Source: Octopus vulgaris | Lineage: Eukaryota | Length of the DNA stretch: 64,000 bases | Reading direction: 5' to 3' | Assembly (NCBI GenBank): GCA_951406725.2 | Contig: OX597814.1 | Span: forward strand, 169,012,001 to 169,076,000 | Part shown: one piece after another, positions 53,234 through 64,000 of the stretch | Position numbering within the stretch: the stretch's first letter is position 1 | Layout of the letters: every line of letters begins with the position of its first letter | The notes under the pieces: generated by a model | The model's database searches: none | Seen by the model: the letters and a program-made list of their open reading frames with translations, nothing else | What the model was told of the DNA's origin: nothing | Translations under genes and position numbers: made by a program

Positions 53234-53654
53234 TATTAAGTTTCTTTTCTGAACAGGTTGAATGGGCGGTCACAGGCAAATTGCGGGACGTGACACTTTC
53301 TGAATAGCACGCCTAACGAAAAATTGGACGTGCGATCTGCCTGATAATGAACCTTGTTTCATACGGCCCGCTTCTCGAATAAGGTTACGCGTGCCTGGAC
53401 TAGGGTCTAATAACTTTTTATTCTTGTGGGATTGTACGAGTGTATAAAGCGAAAGAAAATTGTAAGAAGCAGCAGTGAAATTAATTGTTAAACGAAGATC
53501 AAATCGGTTAAATGAGGCGCGAAGCTGTAATATCATCTAAGCCTGTATAAACCTTCGATTGCAATAGTCAAGTGATTTCCGCTCTTTTTCAGCAATCTGA
53601 ACTCTATGCTTTCTATTTCGTGCAGTGGCATAACAATGAATGGAAATTTTATCT

Positions 53655-53868
53655 TTTCTTTTACTTGTTTCAGTCATTTGACTGCGGCCATGCTGGGGCA
53701 CTGCCATGAAGGAGTTTTTGTCGAATGAATCGACCCCAGTGCTTTTTTTTTCTTTTTAAAACCTGGTACTTATACTGTTGAGCTCTTTTACCGAACCGCT
53801 AAGTTACGGAGATGCAAACACATCAATACCGGTTGTCAAGCGGTGGTGGGACACACATACACAATATA

Positions 53869-53929
<61 letters not shown>
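53655..53929 (-). mobile_element. SINE family A, 3' half
   Basis: Tail to internal (TG)n; more family A sequence at 54870-55098 beyond the mariner. Confidence 0.8.
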
Positions 53930-53931
<2 letters not shown>

Positions 53932-54808
53932 TCTGATCAATAAGTATCCGGTATGATGCTGTAGTAACGAAGTTAATGCAGGCAGAGTGAAGCCACTTGG
54001 CACATATTGACCGCGAACTCTGCTGTGCGTGCGCACTAAGTTCAAAGGTTCTAGCTTACTTCCGCTGTATACAGCAGAGCTTAGTAGGAACATGTGTAGC
54101 GTATGGTCATCGCATTGACCATGACAGAGAAAGTTGAACAGAGAATCTGCATCAAATTTTGTCAAAATCATGGCGATACCAGCTCAGAGGCCTACGCAAA
54201 GTTTTCAAAAAGTTTTCATCATTCTCGATACAATCAAGAAGATCTTGTGCTACTGAAATCCGAGTGTTTTTTTCCCCCAGCTGAAAGCAGTTTAAGCACA
54301 AACTTGGCAGATACGCGGCTCATACCCAAATCTTCAGTGATAATGGACTGAACTGAACCGTAACTAATCTACTCATCCTCTGATAACTCACGGATGGTGG
54401 TTCGACGATTTCCTCTCATGACTGCACGCACATGTGCAATGTTTTTCTCAGTTCTGCTGGTTGCGAGTCTCCCAGAACGTTCGTCAATATCGACTCTTTT
54501 CGGCCATCATGGAAACGTCTGAACCACTCGTACACTTGTGTGCGGTTCATACACTCCTCTCCATACACTTTCTGCAACTTTGTGCAGGTATCGCCATGAA
54601 AATTTCTCTCTCATGGTAAATGTGACGATCAGATGCTACACACGTTCCTTCCAAGCACTGCTGTAAATAGTAGAAGTGAGCTAGAACGTTAAATCTTAGT
54701 GCGCATGCACAGCAGCGTTCAAGGTCATTCTGTGTCAAGCGGCTTTACTGTGCGTGCTTTAGCTTCGTTACTATAGCAACAGCTTGGATACTTGTTGATC
54801 AGACCTCG
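53930..54808. mobile_element. Mariner derivative made of two inverted 5' ends
   Basis: GGTCTGATCAATAAGTATCC / GGATACTTGTTGATCAGACCTCG|TA; plus strand MTEKVEQRICIKFC; minus strand KVYGEECMNRTQVYEWFRRF, RSGR, TIRELSED, DLGMSRVSAKFV. Confidence 0.88.
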
Positions 54809-54912
54809 TATATATGCATATACTTTTATATATATATATTTATTTTTTATTTTATTTTTTTTATTTTATCTAGTTTCAGCTCACGCACTGTGGCCATACT
54901 GGGGCACCGCCG

Positions 54913-54949
<37 letters not shown>

Positions 54950-55696
54950 GTATGACGGCATTCTTTCAGTTTCCTTATACCAAATTCACTCACAAGGCCA
55001 TTGACCGTCCTAAGACAATAGTGGAAGATCAGCGTGATTGATCCCGGAACCATTTGGTTGAGAAGCAAGCTTCTTACCATATAGCTATACCTGCACCTAT
55101 AATTTTAATTTTGTTTCCTTTTACCTAGTATAAAGTATGATTTAATAATAATAAGGTGACACTTCCACACTACTCAGACGTTTTCAGTTTTGGAAAAGCT
55201 TAGTGCAACGCTAAGGTAAGGGTCTGTGTTGAATTCCCAACCTCTGCACACATCTTTATTACAGCTATTTAACATTTATCTTTTATCATTTTATTTGCCT
55301 AGTTTTCTTAAAGATTTTAATCAATATTGTTGGATGAATAAAAGTAACCTCTTTCACGCAAAATAGGAATTGTAAAAGAGAAAGGGTTGTAAATATAATG
55401 TTCTGTATTCGATGAAAAATTACTGACTTTTTTTCCATATAAGTAAATGGAAACTTTGTCTTAGTTGTAATGATTCGGTTTTAGCTTATTAAAAAGTGCA
55501 ATCATAAACACAACTTTTTGACCAAACATAAGTGATACAAAAAAAAAAAAAAACAGAAAAAGCTGCAAAGGAATATGAAATTAGTCAGCTTCGCATTGTT
55601 AAAAGAAACTTTCTGCATACAGCAATCTATTTTCAAAAGATTTATTAATGAAAATACCTCCGTAAAACAATATTATTGAAGTATGTAAGGTTGTTA

Positions 55697-55935
55697 TGTG
55701 GAGTCGCGTGGCTTAGTGGTTTGGGTGTCAGCACCATGATCGTAAGATTGTGGTTTCGATTCCTAAACCGGGCGATGCGTTGTGTTCTTGAGCAAAACAC
55801 TTCATTTCCCGTTGCTCCAGTCCACTCAGCTGGCAAAAATGAGTAACGCTGCGATGGACTGGCGTCCTGTCCATACGCCATAGAAACCGGGAAACTGGGC
55901 CCATGGGCCTGGCTAGACTTTAAAAGTCATTTATT
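55697..55935 (+). mobile_element. SINE family D
   Basis: Homologous to 39672-39910. Confidence 0.85.
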
Positions 55936-56299
55936 TTTTATGTAAGGTTGTTAGCTGGTAAAATCGTAAGCACGTCGGGCAAAATATTTAGCAGCATTTG
56001 TTCCGAGTTCAAATTCCGCTGAGGTTGACTTTACCGTTCGTTCTTTCGGCGTCGTTGAAATAAGTACCAGTTGAGTACTAGGATCGATCTAATCAACTTG
56101 CCTCTCTCCCAACATTTCTGGCCGTGTACCAAAATTTGAAATCAATACTTTTTTCAGTGTGTGAGCTAATTACGAAGAAAGTGAAATTACATATTCAGCG
56201 TGAATATGTTGCAGCTGCACGAATTTAAACACCAGAAAAAGTCAAATATTTGATAATATTAGTTTACATCGGAGGACAATTCCTCTCCTCATAAACGAC

Positions 56300-57430
56300 A
56301 CGGTTAACGCTATCTAAGCATCCTTGAAACAAGTAGCATCAGGATTTAATTATTCAATAACTGTAAATGGGACATTTGATAAAATAAATGCAACACAAAT
56401 GTCTGTCTTTGTATACACGATAACGGAAAATTTTACTTTACGAGAACGTATATTTGTTTTAAAATCGATTAATGGGATTGCTGAAGGTAATTTTTTTTTT
56501 TTACTGGGTCGAATCACCGATAAGTGATTTCGATTTGCTCTCAGCGAAGTCGATGCCATAAGTTGCACTGTCCTGAGTATGATCTCGTAAAGGACGTCTT
56601 GTTATTAATCAAGCAAGAACTGGACAACTGCCAAGCGGATTCTAATATCTTGATATTGTGTCTTTATCGTATTAACCAACAAAACATGAATACATTCTCT
56701 GAGAATGAACACTATGAAGCGCTAGCAAAATGATGAGCTGAACATAAAGAATTTGCAAAAATTTTGAAGAAAATCGAAGCAGAATCTGGTGACTTACTGT
56801 ACCTATTTCTTTACTACCCACAAAGGGTTAAACACATAGAGGACAAACAAGGACAGACAAAGGGATTAAGTCGATTATATCGACCCCGGTGCGTAACTAG
56901 TACTTATTTAATCGACCCCGAAAGGATGAAAGGCAAAGTCGATCTCGGCGGAATTTGAACTTAGAACGTAGCGGCAGATGAAATACCTATTTCTTTACTA
57001 CCCACAAGGGGCTAAACACAGAGGGGACAAACAAGGACAGACAAACGGATTAAGTCGATTATATCGACCCCGGTGCGTAACTGGTACTTATTTAATCGAC
57101 CCCGAAAGGATAAAAGGCAAAGTCGATCTCGGCGGAATTTGAACTCAGAACGTAGCGGTAGACGAAATACCGCTAAGCATTTCGCCCGACGAGCTAACGT
57201 TTCTGCCAGCTCGCTGCCTTGGTGACTTACTGTACCACTGTTAGGTTCGTTGGAAAAGCAAAGAGCGCATGCTCAAGATGACTGAAATTCTTTATGTAAG
57301 TTAGTCGTTCTTGTTATGGAATCAAAAGGATGAAAAAAAAATGGCTGTGATTTGGTATTTTCGGTTGCTATTACTAACCACTTAAATTATCAAGGTTTGA
57401 AATTACAAAGTCCGAATAAGCTAATCACTT
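56300..57430 (+). pseudogene. Fossil hAT transposase (SPIN/GTF2IRD2-like)
   Basis: Peptides YSITVNGTFDKINATQMSVFV, EAESGDLLY|HC*VRWKS, WLCDL..ITNHLN..LKLQ match FSIALDESTD..TAQL, GDLLYHTEVRWLS, WL.DLAF..IT.HLN.LN..LQ. Confidence 0.75.
56804..57219 (-). mobile_element. SINE family B dimer
   Basis: One 17-bp TSD TGGTGACTTACTGTACC encloses head plus two units; junction GAAATA|GGTATTTC near 56987. Confidence 0.93.
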
Positions 57431-57807
57431 ACCTTGGTCCATGAACAAATTTTTCAGAGGCTATTACACACGGACTACATGGGCGATCTTCAGCGTCAGC
57501 TGAATATAGAAATTACCAACGAGTAACCCTATATCAACTACTCCACTTCATCTGACGAACAGAATAACAGACACTAACTGAAACTTCGAAAATTTCCAGC
57601 CGACCAAATCATCATTTGAGAACCAACCAATGGAAGGATAAACTGTGGGTGTCTTTCCAAAGCAACGCTTAAGATCTTGGAGGATAATGGTACCATGACT
57701 GCGCATGAACCTAGGATACCAGTGGTGATAGCACGGAAAATGAGACACGTTCATCATCGTGCCTGATTCGAGAGTAAGTTGTAATCAATAGACGATCATT
57801 ATACGTG

Positions 57808-57863
57808 GTGATGATAGTAATGATGATGATAATGATGATGGCGACGACGGCGACAATGATGAT

Positions 57864-57895
<32 letters not shown>

Positions 57896-58068
57896 CGACG
57901 ACCACGACGACGACGATGATGATGTCGACGACGACGATGATGATGACGTCGACGACGACCACGACGACCACGACAATGATGATGATGATGATGATGATGA
58001 TGTTGACGATGACGATAACAATTCTGTCGCTGCTATTGCTGCTGACGACGACGACGATGATGAGGATG
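57808..58068. repeat. Compound (GAT)n/(GAC)n trinucleotide repeat
   Basis: Directly visible. Confidence 0.92.
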
Positions 58069-58319
58069 AATGCCAATATCGGGAGTCTGAATCGTTGCAG
58101 CAATTGTCCGTAACTCAACTGTAAAACAAAACATGCCATGGTACATTTTCCAACAGTGAAACAACAGTAACCAGAATCTATAATGGAGGGTGCTTCAATT
58201 TTTCAGATAAATTTCCAGAAGTTTCGCGATTCACAAAATCACGAACTATATGCGAAACTCCGAAACTTGTGATAACTCACAACTCGAGTTATCGGATAAT
58301 ACTTTGATATCACGCGATC

Positions 58320-58571
58320 ACACGACCGACCAGGCTATCAGATGATATTACACATCGCTGGTCGAAATGCGCATTGATTTAGCCTTCAAATGACGCCACT
58401 CCGCTGGCTAGGCGAGCAGGCCAACATTCCCCACTGATAGAAGAGGAACTGGAGCTATGTGAAATGAAGTGTTTTGCTCAAGAACACAACGCGTTGTCCA
58501 GTCAGGGAATCGAACCCACGATCTGGCGATCATGAGTGCAACAGCCTAATCACCAGTCCATGCGCCTTCAC
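58320..58571 (-). mobile_element. tRNA-derived CORE-like SINE with a different tail
   Basis: TGTGAAGGCGCATGG head and TTGAGCAAAACACTTCATTTCAC block shared with families D and E. Confidence 0.8.
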
Positions 58572-58626
58572 AAACTTTGATATAGTCAAACTTAATAGAT
58601 TTTCTATTTTGGAATTTTATAAATCT

Positions 58627-59021
58627 TTTTTTGTTTTTGGAAGCACTCCGTCGGTTACGACGATGAGGGTTCCGGTTGATCCGAATCAACAGAACAGCCT
58701 GCTCGTGAAATTAACGTGTAAGAGGCTGAGCACTCCATAGACACGTGCACCCTTAACGTAGTTCTCGGGGATATTCAACGTGACACAGAGAGTGACAAGG
58801 CCGGCCCCTTGAAATACAGGTACAACAGAAACAGGAAGTAAGAGTGAGAGAAAGTTGTGGTGAAAGAGTACAGCAGGGATCACCACCATCCCCTGCCGGA
58901 GCTCGTGGAGCTTTAGGTGTTTTCGCTCAATAAACACACACAACGCCCGGTCTGGGAATCGAAACCGCGATCCTATGACCGCGAGTCCGCTGCCCTAACC
59001 ACTGGGCCATTGCGCCTCCAC
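58627..59021 (-). mobile_element. SINE family C
   Basis: A-rich tail; 11-bp TSD TTTATAAATCT. Confidence 0.93.
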
Positions 59022-59987
59022 TTTATAAATCTACATACAAATTGAAAAACATATTAAAAGTGTTCACTTTGAAGCATCATGCCTTGAAAACTGCATAACT
59101 GTTTCTCACACTCGTGTAAACAGGTAGGTATTCTCAGTATTACATTTAACCAAGAACCGCTTGCGTGTTCGACTTGGGGATGATAATCATGCAAACCAAA
59201 TACGAATTTCCGCATCATCCAACTTCCCATTAAAACACAAGATAAGAAGTCTTATTAAATTTAAACCATTATACTGCGTGGCATATTTAGTGTTTTGGTG
59301 TTTGAGGCATTATATAGCATCTGTTTAATCAATGCTTTAAAACATTTTAATTAATATTGTCTAGTGTGAACGGGTTTATCAAAAAAAAAATTATGACACG
59401 TACGATAAACTCAGGCATTTTGGCTCCGAAAATTGAGAAATACTTCGCTACCAAATCTCTTAATCTAAACAATCTGTGAGACAATCTTCGATCATATCAC
59501 GTCTTGTCTCGTCTGTACTTTTAAACTTGCCTTTGCATGCAATCATACAGCTTGGTCGTCGTGGATAACAAAGCTATTTTGATATATTAATTTATTTTGT
59601 TTTAAATCAAAGGCGTGGGTGTGCGGCAAGAAGTAAGCTTTTCAACCCGTGGCCGTGGTAGAAGACACTTGCCTAAGGTCCCATTGCATGGCATCTTGGA
59701 CGAGTGTCTTCTGCCATACCCTCAGGCCGACCAAAGCTTTGAGAGTGAATTTGGATTTTATATATATAAAATATATATATTTATAAATGTTCTAAAATCT
59801 ACAGAGTCTTGGGTTTTTTTTATCTCATTAGGAAAAAAAAATTATATACACACGCTGACATATGAACAACGTTGAACCTCTTATTCGCATAATCACCGAA
59901 CTTGGAACTTAACTATGGTGTATCTACAGCATTTATTCAGCATTACCTGGCATTTTGGGGTCTCAATGACACCATTACCTCTCTTAA

Positions 59988-60030
<43 letters not shown>

Positions 60031-60128
60031 ATATATATATATATATATTTATGTATGTATAGGAGGAAAAAGGGAGGAGAATTTCAATTACCCCCGCATT
60101 GTGAGTTGTAGTGCAATATATATATATA

Positions 60129-60432
60129 TGAAATAAAAGAAAGAAAATGCACACAGTTAACATAGTTTTAATATATTTTATAAGTGAAAGTGTATTGTGT
60201 TTGTTGACCAGTTTCAATTTTGCTAATCATGACATTGAAATTATTGTAATTTTGCATTTTTTTAATAAGATTTTACACACCATGGACTAAAATCTTCTTA
60301 AGAAACTACGAAATTACAATAATTTCAATGTCATGATTAGCGAAAGCGGAACCGGTCGACAAACACAATGCTGTTTCACATAAAAAATATATTAAAACTA
60401 TTTTAACTATGCGCATTTTCCTTCTTTTATCA
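60129..60432. mobile_element. Hairpin MITE-like element embedded in (TA)n
   Basis: ~130-bp imperfect inverted arms (e.g. GCTAATCATGACATTGAAATTATTGTAATTT and its complement) with a ~50-bp spacer. Confidence 0.8.
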
Positions 60433-60446
60433 TATATATATATTTC

Positions 60447-60499
<53 letters not shown>

Positions 60500-60945
60500 T
60501 AAGGGCTAGTTGAATATCAGTTATGCGATGATGTTTGATCGCGTACATATTTAATACTAACACTCTCAAATTTATATTTGAAATGCTGCACTGATGAGGT
60601 GAAATAAGTAAGTAAATATAACTTTACTTTGATCCCAAAATGCGTATGTAGCCAATCTAAATCGTATGGATTCGTTATTTTTTCTCTTTGTCTACGTAAA
60701 AAAAGTGTTTTATTGTCTGTGAGATATTTATGGTAGCGGAATGGTATTTTAACTGTTATTTCTAAATTCGGTGTGTGGCGAAGCAATTAGCTTACCCCTA
60801 ATTATAATTATGCTTATAATCATAGACTATATATGTATATATATATTCTATAAATATATATATATATTCTATAATTATATATATACTAATAATATAAGGG
60901 AGTATATCCAAATTACAAGGAAAAATTATCTCTAATTTATATATA

Positions 60946-62159
60946 TCTCTTATTATAAAAGGCAGATTTTATCTGCCTCCCTTTGTCACTTATAGAAATC
61001 TACAATATAGGATTTCTTCAATTACAATTTACCTAGCATTTTAAAGAGTAGAATGCATCGGGTTTTGCCAGGTCCAGTTTTTAAAATTTAAACTCCAATT
61101 AAGCAAAATTTACAGAAAACTCACATTCTGGTGTGTATGTCAAATGCTTTTCCTAGTCTGGTTTACAGCACACGCAAACGCACACACACAGTGTGCAACG
61201 AATAAAGTGAAACTAGATGTAATATTTGTTTCTGTCTATCACGCTGATAGATACATGAGTAAAATGTATGGCAAGCTAACAGATAAGAGTGAGTGAAAAT
61301 GTTCTTGGAAGAGAGTAAATAGCAACAGAGTGATTTGAGGAAGACTAAACTGAAAGTATGAAACAGTGTTTATGTATAAACAGACGACACTTGACACTTA
61401 TATATAGTTATTAATAAATGTATGCATCCGTTTAACCCTTTCGTTACCAAACCGCCCGAATTTACCTATTCATATTTAAATGAGAATATCAGAGTAAATC
61501 TCTTTAGTACATTCGTGAAAACACGTATTATACTTCGTAAACACTTCAAATACAGTTTTGTACAAAAATCGAAGTGTAATTTTAATTCCGTGAATTATGG
61601 GAGATTTTTTTCCGAAATTTGTTCCTATTGTGTTTTCAAAATTTGTAATTCTGCCAAAAAATGGATACGAATTTCATTATATCAAGCAGCGAGTCAGAAT
61701 TCGAAGGATTTTCTACTGAAGACCTTCATAAATCTAACTCTATGACTGAAAAAAAAAAGCATCTTTATATAAGAGTGAAGTTGTGTGTCTGTCTCCTACG
61801 ATTTAGATTCGTAACTACTCCCACATTTTGCGGTGCAGTTTAACCAAAAGCGGGTATCTTATAGTCGTGATTCATATCGAGCCCTTCTGGGTATTAGCGC
61901 GCGTCTACGATAAGTCTACGATTTAAAAAAAATTTACCATCATATTTTTCCATTTTAATGCATTTTTTTCGCTTTTATATATAGGGGAAGTAACTCTCTA
62001 AAAATATCTACGATGTGTCAACGATTTAAAAAAAAATTTACCTTAATTTTTTTTCAATTTTTAATGCATTTTTTTGCTATTTTTTTGGCTATAACTCTCT
62101 AAAAATGCTTATATAGTTATTTCCCTTACAACCCGAGCAACGCCGGGCGATACTGCTAG
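60946..62159 (+). mobile_element. Composite Helitron (outer 5' end at 60946, inner unit 61762-62159)
   Basis: Two A|TC..TATAA 5' ends, one CCCGAGCAACGCCGGG hairpin and CTAG|T end. Confidence 0.75.
61436..61760 (+). mobile_element. piggyBac-like left end fragment
   Basis: TTAA|CCCTTTCGTTACC terminus followed by acidic peptide MDTNFIISSSESEFEGFSTEDL. Confidence 0.6.
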
Positions 62160-62184
62160 TATATATATAAATAGATATATTTAT

Positions 62185-62224
<40 letters not shown>

Positions 62225-62365
62225 TAGAGATAATTTTTCCTTGTAATTTGGACATACTCCCTTATATTATTAGTATATATATATTCTATAATTTATATAT
62301 ATATATATATAAATAAATATATTTATTTATCTATCTATATATATATGTATACACACATATAATAA

Positions 62366-62435
<70 letters not shown>

Positions 62436-62559
62436 ATATATATATATATATATATATACATACAAATAAATATATTTATCTATCTATATATATATACACA
62501 CATAATGAATATATTTATCTATCTATATATATATATGTATACACACATAATTAATATAT

Positions 62560-62636
<77 letters not shown>

Positions 62637-62637
<1 letters not shown>

Positions 62638-62830
62638 GTCCTCACCTTCGAAACACGCATGGAGTCGAACTAGGGACAGCTGATGAAGGGAATTTTTCCT
62701 TGTGTAGTTTGTCTTGTACTCTGTTTTTTTTTCGTTGTTAAAAAAAGGTCCGTTTCCATGTTTGTTTTTACGTTTTGTTTCTCGTTGAGTTCTACGTCTA
62801 TTTGTGGTGTCCTGTACTCACGTATATATA
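62637..62830 (+). repeat. Microsatellite-flanked short repeat homologous to 33345-33540
   Basis: Shared motifs, see the other copy. Confidence 0.7.
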
Positions 62831-62981
62831 TTTATATACGTATGTATATATACATGTAGATGTAGGTACGTACATATGTGTATGTATGTATGCATATATT
62901 TTATTTATCATATTATTGCATGACTGAGCGCCCTCGCGTCGTTTCGTTTCGTTTCGTTTCCTTTCTGTTCTCCCAGTAAGT

Positions 62982-63051
<70 letters not shown>

Positions 63052-63242
63052 TAAATAGATAGATAGATAGAAAAATATATTTATTATATGCCAAATATAT
63101 ACGTTTTTATTATTATTTTGCAATTTACTTAATCATCGGTATATTATTGTTATTTTATTTTTTATATTTTTATTATATGTAATTTTCTAGATGGTGTAAT
63201 TTAATTGTTCATTTTGAATTGATAAAAGGTGTTTTTTTTCTA

Positions 63243-63301
<59 letters not shown>

Positions 63302-63304
<3 letters not shown>

Positions 63305-63345
63305 GCATACTTTGGCTTCAGTCGTTTCGATTTAAGTTGTTCTCG

Positions 63346-63387
<42 letters not shown>

Positions 63388-63432
63388 CATACTTTGGCTT
63401 CAGTCGTTTCGATTTAAGTTGTTCTCGATTAT
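63302..63432. repeat. ~47-bp unit duplicated around (TA)n
   Basis: AGGCATACTTTGGCTTCAGTCGTTTCGATTTAAGTTGTTCTCGATTATA x2. Confidence 0.9.
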
Positions 63433-64000
63433 ACATCGGTTTTCAAAAGTAATAGAAATAGAAATCAATTTAAGTAATTTTACTCGACTTTACGTCGGTC
63501 CGCCACAAATATTGGAATCGTAAAATCACTAGAAAAGCACATAAAATCATGTTACTGTACAATAAATAAGATTAAAAGCATATAAAATTATATTAAAACA
63601 TGTACAGTAAATGTTAAGATACACACCATAAAGAAGTGTAGCTTAGTGAACGACATCATGAAATCACGATATCACTTAATTGTATGTACGTATTGGTAAA
63701 TTTACAATAATTTAGTTTTTTTTTACTATAGCGAAATAATAATAATTATTATTGAATTTGTTTTTAAAGCTTAAAAAAGGTTTTTATTTTACTGTTTTAT
63801 TGCAAACTGCCTTCATAAATGAAGCGTCCGTGATGTACAGTAAACACTGCCAAATTGTATTCGTAAATCTAGATTACTTTTTTTTACTGTACTGTATTAA
63901 AAAATAATTATTCGTTTTGTTTGTAAGCTTAAAATAAGCTTTTATTAACCATATATTAGTAGAAATGCATTCATAAATAAAGTACAGAACTGGGAATGGT

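Larger units (their letters stand above)
60877..62283. repeat. ~65-bp inverted repeats bracketing a Helitron
   Basis: ACTAATAATATAAGGGAGTATATCCAAATTACAAGGAAAAATTATCTCTAATTT mirrored at 62221-62275 with one mismatch. Confidence 0.88.

Noticed and set aside
53260-53600. Possible RT fragment (GLDDIT.. on the minus strand)
   Set aside because: Too degenerate to assign without a profile search
57711-58139. Hydrophobic or poly-Thr/Met/Ser ORFs
   Set aside because: Product of a (GAT/GAC)n repeat with no exon context
62640-62705. Permuted hammerhead (GAAAC..GTC..CTGATGA), also at 33480-33536
   Set aside because: Both core boxes are present but stem I cannot form and stem III is weak; a family consensus would be needed

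Overview
AT-rich, microsatellite-dense eukaryotic non-coding DNA. The SINE families and the (TACA)n/(GATA)n/(TA)n landscape look like an Octopus (coleoid cephalopod) genome; this is inference from recognition, not a database match. I found no convincing intact host protein-coding gene, and nearly all listed ORFs are translations of microsatellites or SINEs. The window is a nested transposon mosaic: several tRNA-derived SINE families, Merlin-like MITEs (GG termini, 8-bp TSD, internal TTAGGG repeats), non-autonomous Helitrons, hAT MITEs, fossil Tigger, mariner, Tc1, hAT and piggyBac transposase pieces, L1/Tx1, CR1-like and R4/Dong-like LINE fragments, and a U6 snRNA pseudogene. The most unusual signals are: (1) SINE multimers that always restart at the same palindromic junction (GAAATA|GGTATTTC); (2) an intact-looking minimal hammerhead ribozyme at 7341-7375; (3) an RLE-type LINE tied to the giant (TACA)n arrays; (4) three MITE types carrying telomeric repeats. 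The ~7.5-26 kb stretch is depleted of young elements and holds two candidate minus-strand exons. Coordinates were read by eye and boundaries may be off by a few bases.
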